The notes under the pieces: generated by a model
What the model was told of the DNA's origin: nothing
Database searches by the model: none
The model's input: only the letters and a program-made list of their open reading frames with translations
Assembly (NCBI RefSeq): GCF_000142905.1
Contig: NW_013657639.1
Location: 208,976 to 272,975 of the forward strand
DNA length: 64,000 nucleotides
Reading direction: 5' to 3'
From: Thecamonas trahens ATCC 50062
Taxonomy: Eukaryota > Protista > Apusomonadida
In this document: positions 31,577-43,900 of the stretch, piece by piece
Position numbering within the stretch: position 1 is the stretch's first letter
How the letters are laid out: each line of letters begins with the position of its first letter
Translations under genes and position numbers: made by a program

Positions 31577-32629
31577 ATGGCCTACCGCCAGCATTTCTAT
31601 CGAGTATCGATCAATGGCAGCAAAGAAAGGCGGTCGGCCGAAGTGGCGGCAGCGGCAGCGTCCGCGGCAGCAGCGGCAACAGCGGCACTGGTACTCGACT
31701 ACGCGGGCAGGCAGCAGATGAGCAAGAAGAGCAAGAAGATGCAGGCCGAGGCCAGCAGTGTAAAGAAGAAGCAGAAGAGCAAGAGCAAGGGGAGTAAGGA
31801 AGGGAAGAGCAAGAAGACAAAGTCGACCAGCTCGCGTACCCGCAAGGTCGTCCCTCGCAAGCAGCGGGTCGCTGCTGGTCGCAAGCGTGGCAACAAGGGC
31901 AATGTTGCCCATGTCTCAAACTTTCTGTGGAAGGATGGGAAGGAGTATGAGCGGGTGAAGCGTAAGAAGAAGGGTACGTCATATAGGGTGGTGTGTGTGG
32001 CGGGGGGGGGGGGGGGGGGGATACGCCCAGCTGCTGCAGTTTGAGCTGCAACAAGCTGAATCGCTAGGTCTGCAGCTGCCAGCTCCTGTCATGCGACGTC
32101 GGTGATGTGAAGGTGGTGGGTGGGTCAGATCTTTGGCTTTGGGCGTGGTCGGCTGCTGATCTGCTCGTGCTCAGCGTAGTTGGCTGCTGATCTGCACCTG
32201 GTCGGCTAAGCCGGCTACTGATCTGCTCGTGCTCAGCGTCGGCTAAGCCAGCTACTGATCTGCGCCTGGCCGGCGTAGTCGAACGCTTATCTGCGCCTGG
32301 TTGGCTAAGCCGGCTGCGGATCTACACCGGGTCGACTCTGAGCCTGTATCCGCACACACACACCCTGTGTCCATGCTCTCGCACACAGACTCACACCATT
32401 AACTCTCCTCCTTCTCCTACTAGTCTCGCACGGCTCGCTCCGATCGTCGGAAACATCGAACCCTGATCGGTCATCATCGCCCTCACCACCGCTCTTCCTC
32501 AACGAAAAGTCGTCCGACTCGTCGATGGTTGGCACCGTCCGCTCCTCATCCTCCTCCTCCTCGGGCTCCTCCTCCTCCTCGGGCTCCTCCTCCTCCTCCT
32601 CCTCGTCATCCTCCTCCGACTCGTCGTAA
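31577..32629 (+). CDS. Small Lys/Arg-rich, Ser-rich protein; exons 31577 (or 31718)-31973 and 32424-32629
   Basis: GTACGT donor at 31974 and pyrimidine-tract TAG acceptor at 32423 join in phase to a poly-Ser exon ending TAA. Confidence 0.55.
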
Positions 32630-32755
32630 ACGCCCAAGACTTACCCACATCGCCAATTCATATCTGCTCCTTTCCCTCCCCTCCGTCGCCCACGCCCACG
32701 CTCATGCCCACGCCCACTCGCCAGCTCGCCAACTCGCCACACTGCACTCTCGGCC

Positions 32756-33562
32756 ATGAGCGGTGGACGCAGCGGTCGCAGCAAGCAACAAACGTATGCT
32801 TACCTTCTCCTCCCTCCTTCTCTCTCTCTCACTCCCTCTCCCTCTCTGTCTCCCTCCTCCACTCACACATCCCCCTCCTCCCCATCCCCGTCCCCCCATC
32901 CCCGTTCCCCCGTCCCCACCTTGCGTCCGATTTGGGTCGTGGTTTCCTCCTCTTCCTCCTCTTCCTCCTCTTCCTCCTCTTCCTCCTCTTCCTCCTCTTC
33001 TCGATCGTCTCTCACACCTTCCCCGCCACAATCAGCTGTATCATGGTGTTTGGCATTGTGTACAATGCCTCTATCGATGGCCTGCTGTGTCAGAGTACGT
33101 CATGATGTCCCTCCCCCCTCCCGATCCCCTCTCTTTGCACCCTCCCACACACACCCGTCCTGCGCACACACTCACGCCGACTGCAGCTGAAGCGCCCAAG
33201 CTCAAGCGGACTCGATCGGGACGGCACTTTGGGGTGAAGAAGGATGTGCATGACTACTGGATCTCAAAGTGGCTGGCGGCCAATGGGCTCGAGGCTGGCA
33301 ATATGGATGCCGAGGAGATCGACGATGCGCTGGCCGAGCTCGGAGTCCAGGTCGGCCAGTGGGGCCAAACGGCGAGGGCTCGTACCTCGCCCTGCACACC
33401 GTCTCGTACACCTTCTCCTCGCCCAAGTACTTTGACTGGAGGGCGTGCCAGACGTTTGAAAAGACGGCGCTGGGCAAGATCGACAAGCTCCGCGAGTTCT
33501 GTGCTCTGTTCGGCATCACCTACACCGAGCCGAGCTGGCTCCAGGTGGGATACGAGTGGTGA
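32756..33562 (+). CDS. Hypothetical protein; exons 32756-32793, 33036-33094, 33187-33562; -1 frameshift in G run ~33362
   Basis: GTATGC...CAG and GTACGT...CAG introns both phase-compatible; restoring one G gives QWGPNGEGSYLAL...PSWLQVGYEW*. Confidence 0.65.
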
Positions 33563-33589
33563 GCGCTCGCGGTTTACAGGCGGCTCAGA

Positions 33590-34474
33590 CTACACGACGA
33601 CGTCGTCATATGCCGGCGGCGGCGGCAGATTGGCGGCTGTTCCGCCAAACCCGGTGTAGCTCGGCAGTGGCTCGTTGTGCGGCTTGGGTTTGGGTTTGGG
33701 CACGGCTCCGCCGTACGCGCTTGTGTACGGGCGCGGCTCCTCGGACGACGATGACAGCGACTCCATCCACAAGCCCGGGTTCGGCTGATTCGAGCGCGAG
33801 TTACCGTACGTCGACGTCCGTGTTGTTGCCGGCGCCGCTGCTGGCGCGCACGACGGGCAGACGCAGCCGTCGTACTGGTCCCAGCACGGGCAGCAAGCGT
33901 CGCAGCCTTCCGAGATTTCTTCACAGTCACAGAACGTGCCGATGCCGCCAATGCAGAATACGCAGAACGAAATCAGTAACCACAAGCCGAGCAAGATGGA
34001 GATGATCAGCGCTGCCCACGGGAACTTCTTCTCCAGAATGACCGTCGACGGATCGTCTTCGTCGTACCAACATGGGTATCTGGAGCCAACATCAAACTTG
34101 TTGAGGAACGAGGTCTTCGAACCACGTGTGTACGAGCCAGTTACAGAGTCAAACGCTGTCGTTCGGATGCAACACTGCCCAGATTCAAGGGTCAGGTCGA
34201 CCGTCACCTCGGCCCGGTAACAGATCGACCGGTTGCACACCCGCGATGACTGTCGCTTGGACTACGCCCCAGCAACGCCCGCACATAGGTGAGCCTAAAC
34301 ACACGCTCTCTCCCTCTCCACTTCCTCCCCCTCTACCCCCCCCCCCCACCCCCACCCCTTCCCGTCCCGGAGCCTCTCGCTCTTCCGCACACACTCTTCC
34401 TGACTCCGTACCGACAACAAGACCTCAGACTCGCATCCTCCACGGCCCCTGCCTCTGCCTTTCCCGCGAGCCAT
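33590..34474 (-). CDS. CaKB/TipE-like (BK channel beta-subunit-like) membrane protein; intron 34411-34262; 5' end uncertain
   Basis: Cys-rich loop ending YPCWYDEDDPSTVIL, then a TM, Cys cluster and PPxY-like tail. A hydrophobic segment lies upstream (~34520-34585) in another frame. Confidence 0.5.
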
Positions 34475-35102
34475 GGTAGTCGACAAGTGGTCGTCGCCTG
34501 AACAAGCAAGCAACTTTGGCGTCGGTGATCGCGATCAGCACCGCAAAGCCGGAAAAGGCCGTGCAAAAGAAGGCCAAGCCAAAGTCAAGGCGAGACCATG
34601 CCGAGGCCAAGCCATCCTCCCAACCATACGCTCGATGCGCGATCTCGCCCTATATTTACCACCACTACCGATCCTGCCCTAATCTTAGGACACTGGCTAT
34701 CCCCCCCCCCCCCCCTCCCCCCCCTCCCCCCCTCCCCCCCCCCCATACAGCGGACATGCAGGCCTCCAGGGCAAGTCCCCAAGGGCAAGTCCCCAACAAC
34801 AACCGCCGCAACCACCACCCATACCATCATCATCATCGTCACCATCACAGACACAGCCTCTAACAGAGAACCATGCCCATTACCATCAACAGCTTGCAAC
34901 TCCCCCCCCCCCATACCCGTCCCCCTTTCAGCCATCTGGAAATGACCTTCCTGCCACGTCGCGATGTCCCGCCGCGCTTACTCCCTCTCCCACACTCCCC
35001 GTCCGCCACACTCCCCCTACCAAGGATACGTCCTCCCCAGTCACCCTCTCCGCACACACTCCCACCCACTACACCCAACTCCTCCGGTGGAGAGTAACAA
35101 AC

Positions 35103-38100
35103 ATGCAACCCGGTATGTCCTTCCCCTTCCCCCCCCCTACCCCCTCTTCTCCCTTGCCCCCCTCCCCTCCCCTTTCCCTGTCCCACCTTCTGCCAAGTCT
35201 CACACATTTCCCTCTCCATTGACCCTCCCCCCCTTGCACCCCCCCCCCCTTCCTCTTACCACAGGTCGCCCAGGCCCCCCACCCTCTACTCGTCCTGGCA
35301 TGGGAGCTCCTCCTGCAGGCACTCGTCCTGCTCCTGCTGGGGCTCCTCCTCAAGGCCGTCAACCGCCTCCCTCCTCGACTGCTGCGCCTCCTACTGGTCG
35401 TCCTGCTGCTGGTGGTGGTCCGGGCCAGGTCCGCATGTTCAACCCAGCAGCTGCGGGTGCTTCCGCTGGTGCTCCCCGTGGCCGTGGTGGTCCGCCCACC
35501 CGTGGTCGTGGCGGCCCGCCCACTCGGGGTGGTCCTCCGACTCGTGGTCGTGGCGGTCCGGCTATGCGTGGACGTGGTGGACCGCCTACCCGTGGTCGTG
35601 GTGGTCCTCCGACACGCGGTCGCGGCGGCCCGCCTGCCCGTGGCGGTCGCGGTGGTGCACGCATGCCGCCGCCACCCACAGGCGCTGTCGCTCCGCCTGG
35701 CATGGAGAACTCCGAGTCGATTGTCGGCGGCGGCGTGCCGCTGTCGGTCGAGACTGCTGCCGACCCGTCGCGGGTCCGTATGGGCCCGCCGCCGACATCA
35801 GCCGGCCGCCGACTGGCGGTCCACCCCGCGCCGGCGGCCCGCCTCCTACCGGTGGCCCGCCTCCTACTGGTGGCCCGCCTCCTACCGGTGGCCCGCCTCC
35901 TACCGGTGGCCCGCCGCGCGCTGGTGGTCCGCCCCGCGCCGGTGGTCCGCCCCGCGCTGGTGGCCCGCCCCGCGCTGGTGGCCCGCCTCCCGCCGGTGGC
36001 CCGCCCCGGACTGCAGGCCCCCCCCGGACGGGCAACCCTGCGATGCGGCGGTACCCGCCCCCAAGCGCGGCCACGACTGGACCGCCGCCGGCTGGCAGCG
36101 GCCCAGTGGGCCCGGGCTCGAGCGCGGCGCCGCAGCCGCCGCACGCAGCTTCAGCTAGCAACGGACGGGCGTCGTCGAGCACCGGCCCGCCGACGGGCTC
36201 AGCCAACTTTCGGTTCGGCTCTGAGCAGCACGGCGGCGACGGAGTCCCGCGGCCGGTCAACGACGAGTTCATTCTCCCGCCTGACGATGTGGCGCAGCAT
36301 CCGTCGCTGGGCCCGATGTCGTCGGACCCGTTCCACTTCCGGCCGACCATCCACGCGGTGCCTGCGACCGAGGCTCTGCTCAACTCGACGGGCCTCACGT
36401 TTGGTGCTGTGCTCTCGCCGTTTGCAGAGAAGCCTGACGAGGAGGTGCCAACGGTACAGCAGACGCGTGCCGGGATTGTGCGGTGCCGGCGGTGCCGATC
36501 GTATGTGCATCCGTTTGTGCAGTGGCTCGACCACGGGCGCAAGTGGCGGTGCTCGGTGTGCCACCTCGTCAACGACTGCCCCGAGGCGTTCCGCGGGCGG
36601 GTCGACGAGCGCGGGCGACGGGTCGACGCGGCAGAGCGGACCGAGCTCTCGTGCGGGTCTGTCGAGTATGTGGCGCCAAAGGAGTACATGATGCGCGCGC
36701 CGCAGCCGCCGACGTACGTGTTTGTCATTGACGTGTCAGCGACGTCAGCGGCGTCGTCGATTCCCGAGGTGGTGGCTTCAACGCTCTCCAACTCGCTGGA
36801 GGACATCTATGAGGACGAGCGGGCGCTGGTGGCGTTTATCACCTACGACTCGAAGCTGCACTTTTACGGGCTCGACTCGGCGTTCATGCAGCCGCGCATG
36901 ATGGTCGTCTCCGAATTTGCCGACGGCGTGGAGCTCCCTGCGCCGACCCCGCGCATGCTTGTGCGGGCGTCTGAGGCGCGCGAGAACATCGAGCACCTGC
37001 TCGAGGGCTTCCCGACGATGTTTGAGGACAACCAAGACTCCGGCGCGGCGCTCGGGCCCGCGCTGCAGGCCGCGTTCTCGATGGTGGGCCACGTCGGCGG
37101 CAAGGTGCTTGTGGTGGCGGCCGGACGGCCGTCGGTCGGCGCCGGCGCGGTCAAAGCGCGCGACGAGCGCAAGGCCATCGGAACGGCCAAGGAGTCTGCG
37201 CTCCTCACGCCTGCTGACAACTTTTACAAGCTGCTTGCTGTCGACGCCGCGCCGCTCCACGTCTCGTTTGACCTGTTCATGCTCGCACAGCGGCCGTCGG
37301 AGCTCTCGACGGTCTCGTCGCTCTCGCGGCACACGGGCGGCAAGGTCTTCTTCTACCCCAACTTTTCGCTCTCCAAGGACGGCCAGCGGGTGTCGGCGGA
37401 CCTATCGGCGATGATTACGCGGCCGACCGGGTGGGAGGCGGTGATGCGGATCCGTTGCTCGCGCGGGCTCAAGATCACCGGCTTCCACGGACACTACTTT
37501 GCGCGGTCGTCAGACCTGCTCGCCCTGCCCAACGTGGATGCGGCGTCGACGTTTGGCGTCACCATTGCCATCGAAGACTCTGCACTCGAGGGCGCGCGGT
37601 CCAAGTTCTCTTACGCTACCATGCAGGCCGCGCTCCTGTACACGGCATCCAACGGCGAGCGACGCATTCGGGTCCACACACTGGCGCTCCCGATTGTGGC
37701 CGAGCTGCCAGCGGTGTACCAGGCGGCGGACGCGCCGTGCATGGCGGCGCTGCTCCTCAAGATGGCGACGCTCAAGGCTGAGTCGTCGACCATCGAGGAT
37801 GCGCGGTCGGCCATGCTCAACAAGATGGACGATATCGTCAAGTCGTTCAAGAGCCTCTCCAAGTCGGCCGGTGGCTCGGGCCAGCTTGTGCTCCCGGCCT
37901 CGCTCCGCCTTCTCCCGTACTACACACTCGCCGGACTCAAGAACCGGGCGCTGCGTGTCGAGGGGGCCGGCTCGGTCGACGGGCGGTCGTTTGCGCTCAC
38001 TCGCGCCCGCACTCTCCCGGTCCACTACCTTCTGCACACCATTGCGCCGCGGCTCTTCCGCGTCCAGCCCGGGCCGGTCAACCCGCAGCTGAGCAAGCTT

Positions 38101-38475
38101 CCGCTCACGCTCTCGCTCACCGCCGCGAGCCTCGGCTCGGACCACGTCATGCTCCTCGACACCATGTCGGCGCTCTGGCTCTGGGTCGGCCGCGACACGC
38201 CCGGCCCGGTCATCCGCGCAGTCTTTGGCATGGACTCACTGGCCTCGGTCGAGTCGACCCAGCTCCGCCTCCAGCCGCTCGACAACGATCTCTCTGCCCA
38301 CGTCTTTGCTATGATCTCGCTCATCCGCTCGCAGCGCGACGAGTACATGCCCGTCTACATCGTCAAGCAGGACGGCCGCTACCACGCCTCGTTTTGCTCG
38401 TTCCTCGTCGAAGACCGCTCGTCGTCGGTCATGGCCTATCCCGAGTACCTCCAGGCACTTGCCAAGAAGAAGTAG
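35103..38475 (+). CDS. SEC24: COPII cargo adaptor Sec24; micro-exon 35103-35112, intron 35113-35264, -1 frameshift ~35807
   Basis: RCRRCRSYVHPF...CSVC zinc finger, YVFVIDVS vWA, EAVMRIRCS, GERRIRVHT, LVEDR; Pro/RGG-rich N-terminus. Confidence 0.95.
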
Positions 38476-38577
38476 GAGTGGTAAAAGTGCTCCCACTGTT
38501 AGCTGTCGCCCACACACGCCTCCAGCTAGCCAAGCCAACCAGCACACACTCACCCACACCAAGGTCATCAGGGCAAC

Positions 38578-39540
38578 TCATTCGCATTCACTGTCAATGA
38601 GATCCAGCTCCTCCAGCAACGAGATCTCGGTCGGCGAGAGGGTGTGGGCCTTGAGCCGCGACTGCTGCTCGGTGAGCCACGAGTTAAGGACAGGCGACCA
38701 GGACCTGACGACAGCGGCAAAGGCTTGGTCGGTCGAGCCGACGAGGTCGCGGATGCGGAGCGCAAGCTCGTAGCACATCCACCAGGTCGGGCAGCGGGTG
38801 GCGAGTGGCGGAGCACGCGCCGACGCCGCGGTGGCCTTCGCCGGGGCGCCGCGGTGACGCGGGACGGCCGACTCAAAGACCGGCGCGGCGTCCTCACGAA
38901 CAAGCCTCCGCAGATGCTTGTGAACGAGCGACGGCGGCGAGAACGGCGGCGTGGGAGTCCGACGGAACGCCGGCGAGACTTCGGCGGCGGGCGTCATCCG
39001 CGGCAGCGCGACCTCCATGGCCAGCATCGGCGGCGGCGTGAGGCCACGGTGCTTCTTGGCTGGCGGACAGAAGCAGAGGGCGGCGGACGACGGCGAGTCC
39101 CAGTCGCCAGCCATGGATGCCTCGACGTCCGGATCGTCACACCCACCGGTGACGAGCCAGGGGTTGGACAGAGCGCGCTTGCGCGAGAGGACCGGCGGGC
39201 GCGGCTCAAGGTCGAGCGCCGGCGCCGACGATGCGGCCCGGACAAAGCCAAGCGGCGAGTCCGGACGAGCGAGGGCCATGCCGAGGACCGGCGCCGAGGC
39301 AAAGCGGGCAAGAGAACGGCGGGGACGCCCGCCACGTGACGGCTCGGCCGCACACACCTGCATGGCTGCCAGGCCGTCGTGCGAGGTCGGAAAGGCGTGG
39401 CCCGAACGGGTGGCGAGGCGAAGCGGGGCGGGAGAAGCGCGAGCCGCCGGTGTTCCGTGAAACGGGCGGGGGTGAGGGGCGGAGGACGAGGATTTGAGCG
39501 GCGGAAAGGTGGCCTGGACCATGGACTCTGTCCGGCGCAT
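38578..39540 (-). CDS. Disordered protein with C-terminal helicase-associated (HA, PF03457-like) domain
   Basis: W..CY..A...G...V....LNSWLTEQQ...TLSPTEISLLEELD fits the HA consensus; ATG 39540. Confidence 0.55.
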   Translation of the reverse strand: MRRTESMVQATFPPLKSSSSAPHPRPFHGTPAARASPAPLRLATRSGHAFPTSHDGLAAMQVCAAEPSRGGRPRRSLARFASAPVLGMALARPDSPLGFVRAASSAPALDLEPRPPVLSRKRALSNPWLVTGGCDDPDVEASMAGDWDSPSSAALCFCPPAKKHRGLTPPPMLAMEVALPRMTPAAEVSPAFRRTPTPPFSPPSLVHKHLRRLVREDAAPVFESAVPRHRGAPAKATAASARAPPLATRCPTWWMCYELALRIRDLVGSTDQAFAAVVRSWSPVLNSWLTEQQSRLKAHTLSPTEISLLEELDLIDSECE

Positions 39541-40471
39541 GGTGGGACGGTCTTCCTGGACCGCTCTACCCCTTGGTTTGCCTGTACGCCCCGGGAAGCG
39601 GGGCCCCAGACGGGCGGCGAAAACCGACGAAATCTCGCCGAATTCCAAACACCGCCTTTTCCACACTCACCAAGCTTTCGCCAAGCACCACCTCCACGTC
39701 GAGCTCAGCCAAGAGCTTCGGCCACAGAGAGTGGGTGGGGGAGGGGAGGATGGGGATGGAGGGACTCTGCTTGGTTGTTTGAGAAACAACTAGCAAAGGC
39801 TTGCAAGGTGAATGCCGCGGTGAGACGCGGAGAGAGTGGTGTCGGTCCATCTCGCGCGACTTTGGTCCTCGAGCCTTACCTTGAACATGTTGTGCATTGT
39901 CGCGTCCTTCGTCGAAGCTGCCGTCGACGACCGACTCGCGTCACCATCATTGACCATGATTAATGAACGTCAAATTAATCGTTGCCCTCTGTCGTGTCAT
40001 CACACTTGCTCACAGTGGCTCAACCTTCGAAAAAGTATCGAATGGTAATGAATACCGGCGAAAGAAGCAACGATGGGTGTGGGCCGCAAAAAATGGCTGG
40101 CGTTACCAAATAGGGGCAAAAACCCTCATGGTAACACCGGGACTGGGAAATGGGTGCCGCTTCTTGAAATCAGGCCTTGGCTGCCGTGGAAGTGTGTCGG
40201 ATCTGGTTGCTTTGCCTGCATTCGAAGAGGTGGTGCCTGGTGAAGCAGAGGTGTGGCGTCCGGCTGTATTCCGGTCGACCAGCACCCCCACACACACACA
40301 CCCCGCCACTGCTACCGCTACCCAACACTTCCACTATCACTCTACTCTGAGGCATGCCGTTGCGAACGAGGCACAAGCGGGTGCTTCGCCGGGCGGTCTC
40401 TCGGCTTTTAGCCTACACCCTTGGTACGGGCCGGGCAGGAGGAAGGGGCCATGGATTGAATAAGTTGCGCA

Positions 40472-40589
40472 NNNNNNNNNNNNNNNNNNNNNNNNNNNNN
40501 NNNNNNNNNNNNNNNNNNNNNNNNNNNNNNNNNNNNNNNNNNNNNNNNNNNNNNNNNNNNNNNNNNNNNNNNNNNNNNNNNNNNNNNNN
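40472..40589. other. Assembly gap (N run)
   Basis: Run of n. Confidence 1.
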
Positions 40590-40975
40590 TGGAAGGGAAA
40601 GTTGGTGGTACGGGCCGGGCAGGAGGGAAGGGGGGGGGGGGGGGGGGGGGGGGGAGGGAGGTGTGGTGGGACAGCGGACGGGGGAAGGTATGGGTATATG
40701 GACATAGACATACACTCACACATAGAATGAGGTCACATGGGATGCGGAATGGTTATGGGTGGGGGTGGGGGGGATGGTGTGGGGGTGTGGCGTCTGTGTA
40801 TGTGCCTGTCTGTTTGGACGGGGCGTGTGTGTGGGGGGCGTGTGGGGGGTTGGGCGGCGTGGGGCGACGCCGGTCACGGGGGGCATGGGCATGATGATAC
40901 TTCTGCTGCTCCCGGTCCTGCTACTGGTGCTTGGGCGTCTTACCCTCTTCTTTCGTGCCCTCGTCCATACTCTGC

Positions 40976-43900
40976 ATGTCTGGCGACACCACAGGTGCGG
41001 TGGCCACCACGCCTGAACATGTGGCCACTCTTGCCCAGGCCGCACGAGTCATCCTTCCCTATCAACAGCAACAGTATACCTCAAGTCAAGAGGCGGCAAA
41101 CCAGACGGAGCTGGCCTCGTCACTAAGCGGTGATGTTGGCTCAGGCTCGGGTCACTGGGACTCGCTGCGGTTCAACTCGGCACGGTACGGGTGTGACGGG
41201 CTTAACGGCGTCGTTGGCCGCGCGGAGATTGAGCTCTCCTTTACAGACTTTGTCGAGACGTTTGAGCCGGTGCTTGCGCCGGCATCGCCCGGCAGTGAAC
41301 CGAGCGCTATGACGGTCGAGCTTGTCTCGCTGCGGGTCCTCCACTCGCTGCGGCAGCGCGAGCTCGCGACCAGCTCGCCGTGTTCAGAGGCAGACGACAG
41401 CGTCCGCCACGATCTGGGGGCCATGGACGTCCTGGCTCTGCCGGCGAGTGTTGTGGCACGCATTGCGTCGCTTCTTCCGATCGAGGACCTGCTCACGGCC
41501 GGTGATGTGTGTCTTGCGTGGCGCGAGCGGTTCCGGTCCAACGACATCTGGCGCCAGGCGTGCCGGCTGGCGTGGGGCCGACTTCCAGCATGCGCCGACA
41601 ATAACGACGGCTCACTGGCTGCGGCCGCAGAAGCAAGTATTCGTGCGGCTGCCTCCCCGGTCGACGGCCTCATCCTTGCACTCGAGTACCCGGCGTCGGC
41701 TCCGCCCGACCCCGAGACGCTGTTGAGCGAACGAGACAGTCCTCAGCCGGTTCCGCGCGTTCTCGAACTTGTCTCTGGTGATGTCCTTGATCGACTCAAC
41801 GCCTATCTTCGCAAGCCGCAGCCGTCGCTGCTGGTCAAGCTACTGGCAACATACGCTGACGACGGCCAGCCCCAGGTGGCATCGGCGGCGATGACGTACG
41901 TTCTGCAGCAACTCAAGTTCCGAGCGTTCAAGTCTGCGGTCATGTCGTTTCTCCTCGACGACCTCACACCAACCCAGATTGGGTGGTGCGAGGCGTTCAC
42001 CCAAGCGCGAACCGCCGGTGTCGCCGCCGCGCAGTGGGAGGCCGACGCGCTCCTGCCGGTCTTTGAGACTGCACGGGCGGCGCTCAAGGCGTCCGAGGCT
42101 TCGGCGCCTGCGCTCCGCGCCCAGGTCGAAGCCCTTGTCGTGCCGCAGCATCGGGCGCTTGGACAAGTCCTTGTTCACCGCATCTCCGGCGTCCTGCCCT
42201 CGCTCTTTGCCTCGGTCGACCTCGACAGCGAGACCTCGCCGCTATTTGCGGCGCTCCACGGCGCGCTCGCGTCGCACCTCGCTGCCGCCGCTGCCCAGCA
42301 TGTTCCACTCGTCGACGTCACGCCGTTTAACGTCGACCGAGTTCTCACCGACCTCGTCGACTCGGGTCTCACCTCAGGCCAATTCTTTTCCACGCCGGTC
42401 GAGGTTCAATACGTGGCCCACCTCGTCATTGTGCACTTTCGTTTCGCGTCGGCTAAACGGCCGTCGCGGGTCACCTCGCTTCTCACCTTCAAGTCGAGCT
42501 CAAACACAGGCTCGGGCTCACTGGCGATGGCGGCAGCGGCTGCAGCTGCGGCGGCGAACGGCGAGGCGACGCTCACCCGCTCGCTGTCGTCATCGATCTC
42601 ACACACGACAAGCTGGAAGCCGACGCCGTCTCTAGACGTCATTGTGGGTGCGGTGCCAGACACTCTGCTCAACACCTTTGTCTGTGCGCTGCTGCAGATC
42701 CCGCTGCTTCGCGGCGAGTTTGTGAGGCGGCTCTCTGACGGGCGACGGGCGCTGGCCATCAACGCCATTCTCGCGGTTCTGGCCGCGCGGACCAAGGCCG
42801 GGGCGTCATCGTTGCGGGCGGTGCTCCTCCGGGGCTACTTTGCGCAGCTAAGTCTCGACCCGGCCAACGACCCTCGCGAGACAAACCTCGTCGAGCTCAT
42901 TGATGCCATCCTGCAGGCTATCGAGGCGGGCGCTCCAAGAGGCTCGACGCTCATGGCCGACATTGCCGCCGGCTTTACAGCGCTCGGTGCGTACTGGACC
43001 GGACCGCGGCTCAAGACCCTCTTCCAAGAGGTTGAGCGGGCAACAACGACGTTTGTCTCGGACTTTGTTCCCTCGTTTGTCTCGATGTGGCACACTATCC
43101 AAGACTTTCAACTCACCGACGAGGTCCAGCACGGCCTCTTGGAGCGCGACGGCGGCCTGTTTGGCTCGCTCACGGCCGAGGAGCGCCCGCTCCGTGAAGT
43201 GCTCGAGAGCCTGCTGGCCCTCCGGCTCCTGCTCTCGGCGGCGGTCATCGAGACCCACCGCAAGTCAGGCCTCCTCATGCACGCCTTTTCATATGCCAAC
43301 CGCATCAAGCAGCTCTGTGGGTTTGGCCTCCTCCTCTCGACAGTGGCCTCACTCGGCATCGAGGCCGACGACGACGATAGCGAGTGCTTTGGCGACGCCA
43401 ACCTGCTCAACCTTTTCTTTGACGTTGTGCAGAACCCGTCGGTTCTTCGCGACCCCGACGAGCTCGATGTCGCCTTTGTCTACCACGAGGCCGCCGCCTC
43501 GCTCGCCCGGCTGACAGAGCGGCAGGAAGCGCGCCTGGCGCAGGTCGTCAGCAGCGCCGAGGTTTCCGGTCCTGAGCTCAGCGAGCTTGTCCTCGCGTTT
43601 GAAGCCGACTCGGAGCAAGTGCTCGGGCTGAAGGAAGCGCTCGGAGTGGTGGTGTCGAATCCCGAACTGGCGCAGGGCCCGCTGGAGGAACTTGGCGTTG
43701 ACACAGGCGTTGTCCACAAGCGAGTTGTCGAGTGTGCGGTCCAGCTCGAGACAATGCGGGTCCAGGCGGAGAGCATCCAGGCGCGGCTGGTTGATGGCCT
43801 CCTGGCGTCGGCGCTGGTCGAGCTGGCGGGGCTCGGCCCGCTTGACCGTCAAGTCCGCGATTCGCTGGCAAGCGCGTCGATGGTCGCCGGCGAGGCAGAG

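Noticed and set aside
32305-32637. Minus-strand acidic ORF
   Set aside because: No ATG; better explained as the antisense of the phase-compatible poly-Ser exon, though not excluded.
39963-40463. 166-aa ORF before the gap
   Set aside because: No motifs and atypical composition; may hold upstream exons of the giant gene but cannot be resolved.
42655-42930. USP Cys-box-like segment (DTLLNTFVCALLQIPLLR) in the giant protein
   Set aside because: Weak resemblance with no catalytic Cys or His box; needs a profile search.
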